Assembly (NCBI GenBank): GCA_030604635.1
Contig: JAUVVL010000002.1
Span: 1-48,163, forward strand
Source of the DNA: Desulfobacteraceae bacterium
Lineage (GTDB): Bacteria; Desulfobacterota; Desulfobacteria; Desulfobacterales; UBA11574
Direction of reading: 5' to 3'
DNA length: 48,163 nt
This document shows, piece after piece, positions 34,580-42,011 of this stretch. Every line of letters begins with the position of its first letter. Position 1 is the stretch's first letter. Both the position numbers and the translations under genes were made by a program. The notes under the pieces were generated by a model. That model was not told where the DNA came from and did not search any database. It saw nothing but the letters and a program-made list of their open reading frames with translations.

Positions 34580-34794
34580 TCCTCCCGTTACCACAATAAT
34601 CCACGGACTTTTTTGACAGGCCCGCCCTGGCGCGACGTAAGAAACTTTGTTTAGGTTTAGCTATTAATCATTAGATTCCGGATATCGATAGCCGCTGCTC
34701 TTTTAACCAGGTCTGGGCCAGGGATTAACTGGATTTATTACCCGGCAGGCAGGTCTTATATCCTGATCATCTTGTACATCCTGTCATTTAAGTT

Positions 34795-35061
34795 TTAGTC
34801 TTCTACGTCTTCCGTATCGATTCGCTTGCGCATCCTGACCCGCTTGAATTCCAGCATATTTCCGTCGGGATCCAACTTGGTTTCGTATGTGGCCAGAACA
34901 TCCATACCGTCAGGAAGGGAATGCTTTTCAATGACCTCTATACTCACCAGCCACCCGTCACTATCTCTGGCCGCCCCCAAGGTTGATCCAACCTCTAAAG
35001 CGGTAAGCAAACTTAATTCTGACCGTGCCTTTTCTATTACTTCTCTTATACCTAAAGCCAT
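34795..35061 (-). CDS. gvpO: Gas vesicle protein GvpO
   Basis: IEKARSELSLLTALEVGSTLGAARDSDGWLVSIEVIEKHSLPDGMDVLATYETKLDPDGNMLEFKRVRMRKR. Start at ATG 35061. Confidence 0.85.
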   Translation of the reverse strand: MALGIREVIEKARSELSLLTALEVGSTLGAARDSDGWLVSIEVIEKHSLPDGMDVLATYETKLDPDGNMLEFKRVRMRKRIDTEDVED

Positions 35062-35100
35062 TTTGTTTTGCCTCCTTTTGTGAAATAATATTGAATAACT

Positions 35101-35175
35101 CACGAAAATCTGTGTAATCTGCGCCTGCCCCGTGGGTCCGGAAGATCGTACTGGGGTAATCTGTGGATTAAAATT
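35101..35175. repeat. 75-nt dispersed repeat R2, copy 1
   Basis: cacgaaaatctgtgtaatctgcgcctgccccgtgggtccggaagatcgtactggggtaatctgtggattaaaa has about 4 mismatches to 41498..41570. Confidence 0.85.
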
Positions 35176-35215
35176 AATAGAATTCCTTCAATCTTCATTC
35201 TTCAATCTTCAATCT

Positions 35216-35884
35216 TCAATTCATCAGGTATTCACCCAGCTCATCGAACTTTTCTTCATCACCTCCGGAGATGAGTATTTTAAAATAGGCCTTCATCTTT
35301 TCCCGTTTTTTTACCTCTTCAACCTCAATATCTTCGGCAAGTAGAGAAAGCACATCATGATAAGCCCCTATGAAAAGAACCCCCATTTCTTCCGCTTTAA
35401 GAGTCTGATTTATAGTGTCGGCAATAAATCTGTCCCTTTTGTCCATAAGTTTATCTCTGTGAAATCTGTATCCTATGTAAGCCGTAGTCCTTTCCCAGAG
35501 CGATTTGCTCTGGGCAAGCTTGAGGATTCGATCGTATTCTTCCTTAAGAAGCGTTATATCTTCTGTCTTTCTTATCTCAGCACCTCTTCTGATCAGGTCA
35601 AGGACAATCCGGTAATTTCTGCTACCTTTTTGTGCTCCTTCCTCGATAATCTTTTGACCAAGCTCGCCATCTGCCATTAATCCATCCTGATAGATTTTCA
35701 AATTATCGGCATTTAAATTCTTGAAATATTCCTCAATATTATCCCAAAATGTGGATACAGTCTGTTTATGTCTTTCCCACCGTTCTCTCCCGCATATCTG
35801 TGTACTTCTTTTGTCGATAGCAGGCGCGATGCCCCCTAAATCAGATTCTACATGAATAACCGGCACATAGAGTAATTTTCTCAT
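35216..35884 (-). CDS. Hypothetical protein (222 aa)
   Basis: Clean ORF between heptamer arrays. No motif recognised by eye. Confidence 0.5.
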   Translation of the reverse strand: MRKLLYVPVIHVESDLGGIAPAIDKRSTQICGRERWERHKQTVSTFWDNIEEYFKNLNADNLKIYQDGLMADGELGQKIIEEGAQKGSRNYRIVLDLIRRGAEIRKTEDITLLKEEYDRILKLAQSKSLWERTTAYIGYRFHRDKLMDKRDRFIADTINQTLKAEEMGVLFIGAYHDVLSLLAEDIEVEEVKKREKMKAYFKILISGGDEEKFDELGEYLMN

Positions 35885-35885
35885 T

Positions 35886-35968
35886 ATTCTTCAATATGCA
35901 ATCTTCAATTGTTTCGGTCTTCAATCTTCAATCTTCACTCTTCAATTGTCTTGGTCTTCACTCTTCAA
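35886..35968. repeat. STRR-like CTTCAAT heptamer block
   Basis: ttcttcaatatgcaatcttcaattgtttcggtcttcaatcttcaatcttcactcttcaattgtcttggtcttcactcttcaatcttcaat. Confidence 0.85.
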
Positions 35969-35971
35969 TCT

Positions 35972-36994
35972 TCAATTAACCACTGATCTCCTGACATCTA
36001 TCCACCCCCTGACATCCGCTTCCTTAAATGAACACCGGTCCTCCCGGCAGTAATCGCTGAGCATATGATAGGCCTTGTTGATCTTCTCAAACCTCTGATG
36101 AACTTCCGGATCACCCGGATACTTATCGGGATGAAACTTTTTGCTCAATTCCTTGTACGCTTCCCTCATTTCAAAAGTCTCGGCTTCTTCCCCTAACCCC
36201 AGCATTTTTCTGGCCTCGTTGATCTCATCAAATTCCGCCTTTTTAATCTCCAGCGTGTTGAAACTGTATGGGGGAAGGGGGCCTATAATTCTAAAATTGA
36301 TTGCGTTTTTGAATCGTTTGTCCAGTTGGTCCACTTTCAACTCAAAGGTTTTTTGATTATCTTTCTTTATTAAAAAAGCGCTGTTCATTATCATAGAATC
36401 ATCCATAACTTCATGCGTCCGGTAAGTTTCAGCTTCTTTTCTCAATACATTCAATATGTTTGAAACGCATTTATCCCTCTTTTTATCCAACGTGTCCTTG
36501 ACCATTTTCCCCAGGTTTATTTTAATTTCAAATAGTTGATCAGCCGGTTTAGATGCCGCTTCTTCCTTAAGTTTTTTAATCTCTTCTTCTCTTCCTATTT
36601 CCTTTAAAACCGTCTCCATGTCGCTCCATAGTGCCGCTACATCGAGCTCTATTTTGTTCTCCATTTCCTTGAGGTTTGTGTTGATTCGTCGATAGCCCTT
36701 TTTTAGGATTATCTTAAGCTCTTCCTGTCCTTGAACCATTGTTCCGAATTTCACCGGTATAATGTGATGACTTTTCATCACCTTTTCGATGACAGCTTGA
36801 TAAACGGCCAAATTGCGGAGGAGAGTTTCTTTGGGTAGAGAATCAAATTGTATGAGCGGCAAATCGCTAACCACAGCAGCGATATCCTGATAGGAAAAGG
36901 TGTAAACTTCTCCCTGATCTAAACCTATGGCGCCAAAATTTTCATGTTCACTTTTATTGACAAAACCATAAATGTATCTTCCTTCTATGGCCAT
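35972..36994 (-). CDS. gvpF: GvpL/GvpF-family protein fused to a C-terminal DnaJ J-domain
   Basis: N-terminal GRYIYGFV..GLDQGEVYTFSYQDIAAVVS and IIGPLPPYSFNTLEI (GvpF/L). C-terminal LGLGEEAETFEMREAYKELSKKFHPDKYPGDPEVHQRFEKINKAYHMLSD has the HPD tripeptide. Single uninterrupted ORF. Confidence 0.9.
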   Translation of the reverse strand: MAIEGRYIYGFVNKSEHENFGAIGLDQGEVYTFSYQDIAAVVSDLPLIQFDSLPKETLLRNLAVYQAVIEKVMKSHHIIPVKFGTMVQGQEELKIILKKGYRRINTNLKEMENKIELDVAALWSDMETVLKEIGREEEIKKLKEEAASKPADQLFEIKINLGKMVKDTLDKKRDKCVSNILNVLRKEAETYRTHEVMDDSMIMNSAFLIKKDNQKTFELKVDQLDKRFKNAINFRIIGPLPPYSFNTLEIKKAEFDEINEARKMLGLGEEAETFEMREAYKELSKKFHPDKYPGDPEVHQRFEKINKAYHMLSDYCREDRCSFKEADVRGWIDVRRSVVN

Positions 36995-37006
36995 TTCTTA
37001 TCCTCC

Positions 37007-37137
37007 GAAGCTGGTTGCTCGTTACTCGTTGCTTGTTACTGGTTGCTACCCACTAACCACTCTCCGACCTCTGACTACTGACCTCTGATCTCTGACCTCC
37101 GACTTCTGATCTCTGACATCCGACCTCCGATCACTGG
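37007..37137. repeat. STRR-like heptamer block (GTTGCTC/GTTACTC then CTGACCT/CCGACTT/CTGATCT units)
   Basis: ctggttgctcgttactcgttgcttgttactggttgct .. cgacctctgactactgacctctgatctctgacctccgacttctgatctctgacatccgacctccgatcactggtca. Confidence 0.85.
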
Positions 37138-39264
37138 TCACCGTACTTCCTTTAATGCTTCCTGAAAGTGCTTTCCTGAAACCAAAAGCTTGGACTCATC
37201 CCGGCCTCCATTTTGAATAAATTCTCTTATGGCTGTCATTGAGGCCTTCCTGCAAATTAATTCTATATCCGCTCCAACAAGCCTCTCCGTTGCACCGGCC
37301 AGTGCCTTAAGGTCCACGTTCTTGGCCAAAGGTTTCCCTCTGGTATGGACTTTAAATATCTCTAATCTTGTCTCCTCATCCGGGATGGGAAGCTCCAGCA
37401 GGAAATCGAATCTGCCGGCCCTGAGCAAGGCCGAATCGACAATATCCAGTCTGTTAGTAGCCGCCAGAACCACAATCCCCTTGAGTTCCTCGATTCCGTC
37501 CAGCTCGGTCAGAAATTGGCTGATGACGCGATCGACCACATGGGATGCAGCTTCGGAACCGCGCCTGGGAACCACACTGTCTATTTCATCGAAAAATATG
37601 ATACATGGAGAGGCCTGCTTGGCTTTCTTGAAAACCTCACGAACGCCTTTTTCGCTTTCTCCAACCCACTTGGAGAGGATCTCCGGGCCTTTGATTGAAA
37701 TAAAATTCACCTCTGATTCAGAGGCAACTGCCTTGGCAAGTAATGTCTTGCCTGTTCCGGGTGGACCATATAGCAATATACCTTTGGAAGGGTTTGTTTT
37801 GGCATGTTCAAACAACTTATCGTATTTCAGGGGCCATTCGATGGTTTCCTTTAGCACCCTTTTTATTTCGGAAAGTCCGCCGACATCGCTCCACTTTACA
37901 TCCGGAATTTCTGTGAACACTTCCCTGATGGCTGAAGGCTCAACTTCCTTAAGGGCCTCCATGAAATCATCCATAGTCACCTGAAGTTTCATCAAAGTCT
38001 CGTAAGGGATCTCTTCCATCTGGAAGTCAATGCTGGGGAAGAGTTCTCTCAGGGTAACCATCGCCGCTTCCCGGGAAAGGGCCTCCAGATCAGCACCAAC
38101 AAACCCATGAGTAATCTCGGATATACGCACCAAATCCACGTCCTCGGCCAGAGGCATTCCCCGTGTGTGGACATCCAGTATTTCAAGGCGGCCGTTTTTG
38201 TCGGGTATGCTGATTTCTATCTCTCGATCGAAACGTCCCGGCCTTCTCAAGGCTGGATCAAGGACATTGGGGATGTTGGTGGCGCCGATAACGATCACCT
38301 GACCTCTGGAGGAAAGGCCGTCCATCAATGCCAGAAGCTGGGCTACCACCCGCTTTTCCAGTTGTTTCTCGCCTCCCATCTCCTCCCGCTTGGGAGCAAC
38401 GGAGTCAATCTCGTCTAAAAATATAATGCTTGGAGCATGCACAGAGGCCTCATCAAATATCCTTCTGAGATGGGCCTCGCTTTCGCCATAGTACTTGTGC
38501 ATGATCTCCGGGCCGCTAATATGTCCAAAGTGTGCATCGGTCTCATTGGCCACAGCGCGGGCGATGAGGGTCTTTCCGCATCCGGGGGGACCGTGTAAAA
38601 GAACTCCTTTGGGAGGCTCGATGCCGAGCCTTTCAAAGACCTGGGGATATTTTAACGGCAGTTCGATCATCTCTCGAATCCGCCGGATTTCCTTGCCCAA
38701 CCCGCCGATATCTTCATAGGATATCCTGGCCATGGCCACACCAACGCCCTTCTTCTCCTGAATCCTCATAACAGTCTTGGGGTTGATTATCACCACGCCT
38801 GCGGGCTTGGTGGAAACAACTTTAAAATCCTGGGTTCGAGTTCCGATAAGTCTTGCTCTTACCATGTCACCCACTAATAGCGGCAAACCCTCCAGGAGGC
38901 TTCCGATGTAGCGGGCATCGTAGGAACGCATCAAGGTTAAAGGGGCAACAACAATTTTTTGGGCCGGCATGAAATCAGACTTTGTGACGGAAATTTTTTC
39001 GTCAAGGCCGACACGGGCATTTTCGCGGGTGATCCCATCCAGGCGAATCAAACTCTTGCCCCGGTCTTCCATATAGGCAGGCAAAACCTTGGCCACGGTT
39101 TCCCTTTTCCCTTTGATGGTCACCACATCTCCCACTTCAACCCCTATTTTTTTAAAATCGGCGGGGTCAAAACGGACAATGCCGCGACCTACATCTTTGG
39201 AACCAGCCTCTGCCACTTTTAGGGTAATGGTTTTGTTTTCTATGTTCTTTTTTTGGGCTTTCAT
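37138..39264 (-). CDS. Cdc48/VCP/VAT-like double-ring AAA+ ATPase (N-domain, D1, D2)
   Basis: N-domain [34 protein letters not shown]1 [11 protein letters not shown] / [10 protein letters not shown]2 [11 protein letters not shown] / IIFFDEIDS. Second-region-of-homology arginines are present. Confidence 0.92.
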   Translation of the reverse strand: MKAQKKNIENKTITLKVAEAGSKDVGRGIVRFDPADFKKIGVEVGDVVTIKGKRETVAKVLPAYMEDRGKSLIRLDGITRENARVGLDEKISVTKSDFMPAQKIVVAPLTLMRSYDARYIGSLLEGLPLLVGDMVRARLIGTRTQDFKVVSTKPAGVVIINPKTVMRIQEKKGVGVAMARISYEDIGGLGKEIRRIREMIELPLKYPQVFERLGIEPPKGVLLHGPPGCGKTLIARAVANETDAHFGHISGPEIMHKYYGESEAHLRRIFDEASVHAPSIIFLDEIDSVAPKREEMGGEKQLEKRVVAQLLALMDGLSSRGQVIVIGATNIPNVLDPALRRPGRFDREIEISIPDKNGRLEILDVHTRGMPLAEDVDLVRISEITHGFVGADLEALSREAAMVTLRELFPSIDFQMEEIPYETLMKLQVTMDDFMEALKEVEPSAIREVFTEIPDVKWSDVGGLSEIKRVLKETIEWPLKYDKLFEHAKTNPSKGILLYGPPGTGKTLLAKAVASESEVNFISIKGPEILSKWVGESEKGVREVFKKAKQASPCIIFFDEIDSVVPRRGSEAASHVVDRVISQFLTELDGIEELKGIVVLAATNRLDIVDSALLRAGRFDFLLELPIPDEETRLEIFKVHTRGKPLAKNVDLKALAGATERLVGADIELICRKASMTAIREFIQNGGRDESKLLVSGKHFQEALKEVR

Positions 39265-39413
39265 TTAGCTGCTCGTTGCTGGTTGCTGGTCAATGAAGAT
39301 TGAATATTCGACAAATCAATCGCCTTTCTTTAAATCCGCAATGGGCGAACACAAGGTTCGCCCCTACAATTTCCTATACGTTCTAATCCCTAAATCCTTC
39401 AATTCCTAAATTC

Positions 39414-39971
39414 CTAAATTGTCTTTATCTTAATCTCCAGTATCCCGTTTTTATATGACCAGGTCATATCCTCGGTCTTGACCGGGCGGGAGAGGAGGAC
39501 CTCTTTCTGATATTTTCTGCTTGCTCCCTCGGCAATAATATTCAGGATGTCCCCTTTAATCTCAAGGCTGATGTCCTTTTTCTCGATACCCGGCATCTCT
39601 GCAATAATATTAATCTCCCCGGGTTCTTCAAACACGTCCACGATAGGCTCGCGCATCTCCTCTACCACAGGACCCTTGGGAGTTTTTTTGATATTCCCAA
39701 AGGGCTGAATGGATGGCTTGCCGTCGGCCATGGTGCGTACCCTGACCCCGTAAACGCCTTTCAGATCCTTGAGCCCCTTGATCTTTTCGAGGCCGCTGAA
39801 ACGGATCTCGCCTGTTTTGGAAAGCTCTTCGCCCTTTTCAGCCAACTTAGTAGCTGTATCGATCAGATTACCCAGCCCCTTGAAGAGCCCGCCAAGACCA
39901 AAATCAATTCCAATGCCCTCGTCTTTTTTTTCTTCTTCAGGTTTTTCCTTCTTCTTTTTTTCTTCCGTCAT
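39414..39971 (-). CDS. Hsp20/alpha-crystallin protein (GvpH-like), copy 2
   Basis: IVDVFEEPGEINIIAEMPGIEKKDISLEIKGDILNIIAEG..NGILEIKIK. N-terminal LGGLFKGLGNLIDTATKLAEKGE. Confidence 0.8.
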   Translation of the reverse strand: MTEEKKKKEKPEEEKKDEGIGIDFGLGGLFKGLGNLIDTATKLAEKGEELSKTGEIRFSGLEKIKGLKDLKGVYGVRVRTMADGKPSIQPFGNIKKTPKGPVVEEMREPIVDVFEEPGEINIIAEMPGIEKKDISLEIKGDILNIIAEGASRKYQKEVLLSRPVKTEDMTWSYKNGILEIKIKTI

Positions 39972-40005
39972 TGCTTACTCCTATTTTTAGTCATTGGTCA
40001 TTGGG

Positions 40006-40097
40006 CTATAGGTTTCTTGCCTATTAATAAGCCAGGTCTTTGTCTCATATAGTGAACCATGGGCATAATAACAAAAACTGTTTTGTGCAAAGCTCAT
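40006..40097 (-). pseudogene. Decayed remnant of a four-helix-bundle (IVS protein) gene
   Basis: Retains ..FCYYAHGSLYETKTWL.. and the 3' end ctataggtttcttgcctat, matching 9335-9356 and 9455-9515. Large internal deletions and a frame change. Confidence 0.55.
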
Positions 40098-40145
40098 TCA
40101 CCAATGGCTAATGACCAGTGTGTACTGTTCACTGACCACTGTTCA

Positions 40146-40316
40146 TTATCTGGCACTTTGTCGTTTGCTAATAGTAATAAATTGGGCTCGATTCGTACCA
40201 GCCAGTTTAATTTCAACCAACTGACCTTCTTTTAAATCTGCTTTCCTTTGAATATTTTTGGGAATAGGAATTTTACCTTCTTTATCTACCCTTGCAAAAG
40301 CACGCATTAAAGCCAT
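40146..40316 (-). CDS. AbrB/SpoVT/MazE-type small DNA-binding protein (56 aa, below the ORF-track cutoff)
   Basis: MALMRAFARVDKEGKIPIPKNIQRKADLKEGQLVEIKLAGTNRAQFITISKRQSAR. The KEGKIPIPKNIR..L.EGQ.VEI pattern is the swapped-hairpin signature. G-rich RBS 8 nt upstream. Confidence 0.65.
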   Translation of the reverse strand: MALMRAFARVDKEGKIPIPKNIQRKADLKEGQLVEIKLAGTNRAQFITISKRQSAR

Positions 40317-40343
40317 TTGTATACCCCCCTTTTGAGATTGACG

Positions 40344-40392
40344 ATTCAGCCGTCGTAGCTAATTCAGCCGTCGTAGCTAATTCAGCAGCTAC
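40344..40392. repeat. 18-bp direct repeat (2 full units plus a partial third) just upstream of the AbrB-like ORF
   Basis: attcagccgtcgtagcta | attcagccgtcgtagcta | attcagcagctac. Confidence 0.85.
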
Positions 40393-40412
40393 TTTGGCGA
40401 AGTCGGCTTGGC

Positions 40413-40506
40413 GATTGATGATTGAAGGAATTCTGCCAATTTATTAAAAAAACGGAGCGTAGCGATTTCCACAAATATTCAATATTCAATCGACAATATT
40501 CAATTT
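40413..40506. mobile_element. MITE/REP-like element, family R1 copy c (inverted orientation)
   Basis: gattgatgattgaaggaattctgccaatttattaaaaaaacggagcgtagcgatttccac aaatattcaatattcaatcgacaatattcaat. Confidence 0.5.
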
Positions 40507-40508
40507 TA

Positions 40509-41426
40509 TTAGCAGTGTTGATCAATCAATTCTCCAATAACCTCTTTGACTTTGTCCTGGTTGGACTTGCTGCCGATGCGGCTGGTCTCTGATGACAAAA
40601 TATCCATACAGGTTTGTTTGAAAATTTCGTCATTCTTGTTGACCAAAGCCCTTCGGACCTTAAGAGTCTTGGCAATCATAACGCTGCCCCTTATGGTGGG
40701 AGCAAATTCGTACACATCGGAATCCCTCAGTCCCCGGACAATTTTAACAATCCTGGAGGCATCACCATTGGCAAGGCCTGATTTGGTTTCGGTGATACGA
40801 ACCTCCGTCTCTTCGTCGAAATGATCGAGATCAAGGGTGATCATTCGATCTCGGAGGGCATCCTGGCTGCGGTGCACGCCGGCATATTCCTCCGGGTTGC
40901 TGGTAAAAAGCGCCGTAAAGTCCGGGTCAACCCGCAGATAGTTCTCATCCCCCTCACGAGCCGCCGGCAGGTCCAGCATTTTTTCCTGGAGCACTGATAA
41001 AAGTACGTTATTGGCCTCGGGCCTGGAACGGGTAAATTCATCGTAAATGAGCGTGAACCCATACTTGCAGGCTACGGTCAGACGATTGTCCACCCACTTT
41101 TTTTGCAGATTCTCCTCGGTCTTAAGTACTGAATGGATGAAGTTATCCACCACCTTGCGCATACGATAACCATGCTCGCCGCCAACCAGGTCGGACGTGG
41201 AGAACTCCTCATCCCCGTGTATCATGACCACCGGCCGGCCGATCTTGCTGGCTACATGCATGGCCAGGGTGGTCTTGCCTGTTCCGGAAATCCCGCGCAA
41301 ATGAAGTGGAAAACCGGCCGCAATATAGGCCAGAGCCCTCTCGGTAATATCCTTTACAAACGGGGTTTCTACGAAGTTGGGCAGGGGACGCGGTTCCAAC
41401 ACAGTTGTCATTTCATCTATCGCCAT
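40509..41426 (-). CDS. gvpN: Gas vesicle AAA+ ATPase GvpN, copy 2
   Basis: FVETPFVKDITERALAYIAAGFPLHLRGISGTGKTTLA, TLIYDEFTRSRPEANNVLLSVLQE. Confidence 0.92.
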   Translation of the reverse strand: MAIDEMTTVLEPRPLPNFVETPFVKDITERALAYIAAGFPLHLRGISGTGKTTLAMHVASKIGRPVVMIHGDEEFSTSDLVGGEHGYRMRKVVDNFIHSVLKTEENLQKKWVDNRLTVACKYGFTLIYDEFTRSRPEANNVLLSVLQEKMLDLPAAREGDENYLRVDPDFTALFTSNPEEYAGVHRSQDALRDRMITLDLDHFDEETEVRITETKSGLANGDASRIVKIVRGLRDSDVYEFAPTIRGSVMIAKTLKVRRALVNKNDEIFKQTCMDILSSETSRIGSKSNQDKVKEVIGELIDQHC

Positions 41427-41497
41427 ATTTTCCTCCTTTAAAAATTAAAATCCGGCAGGCGGCATGAAAAAAAGTGAGCGATAGGCAGTCGAATATA

Positions 41498-41570
41498 CAC
41501 GAAAATCTGTGTAATCTGCGCCTGCCCCGTAGGTCCGGAAGATCGTACTGGGGCAATCTGTGTATTAAAA
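41498..41570. repeat. 75-nt dispersed repeat R2, copy 2, enclosed by a perfect 13-bp inverted repeat (41478-41490 / 41577-41589)
   Basis: gcgataggcagtc .. R2 .. gactgcctatcgc. Confidence 0.85.
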
Positions 41571-41596
41571 CTACCTGACTGCCTATCGCATTCCGC

Positions 41597-41950
41597 CTAC
41601 TTCTTACTCACAACCCCCTTACCCCCGCATTTCGAGCAAGGGAGGTAATCGCCTGATTTGATACCCTTGCCCTCGCAGTCGGGGCAGGTCTCATACGGCT
41701 CTTTTATGTTTACCATGCCTTTTCCGCCGCAGGCAATACAGGTCAGGCGCTGGTCACGGTGAATACCTGTGCCGCCACAGAAAACACACTCGATGGCCGG
41801 TTCCGGGATGGTCACTTCTCCCCGGCCGCCACAGACCTGGCAGGTGGAGAGCTTGGACAAAAGCTCAAACGGGTCGGTCCCCTTTCCCTGACAGAAGGCG
41901 CATGTGGCAGTGACCCTCCCCTCTTCTCCTTGTAATATTTCGATACTCAT
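41597..41950 (-). CDS. Stand-alone DnaJ-type zinc-finger protein, 6 repeats
   Basis: CAFCQGKG, CQVCGGRG, CVFCGGTG, CIACGGKG, CPDCEGKG, CSKCGGKG. Confidence 0.85.
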   Translation of the reverse strand: MSIEILQGEEGRVTATCAFCQGKGTDPFELLSKLSTCQVCGGRGEVTIPEPAIECVFCGGTGIHRDQRLTCIACGGKGMVNIKEPYETCPDCEGKGIKSGDYLPCSKCGGKGVVSKK

Positions 41951-42011
41951 TGTATTTGCCTCCGTTATTTGATTACCGTTATGAGCGAAAAGTGCTGATT
42001 TTAGGGCCTAT

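Noticed and set aside
40146-40316. AbrB/MazE-like ORF as part of a toxin-antitoxin pair
   Set aside because: No PIN, MazF or other toxin-like ORF lies adjacent on either side; only a decayed four-helix-bundle gene and gvpN2. It is kept as an orphan regulator candidate.
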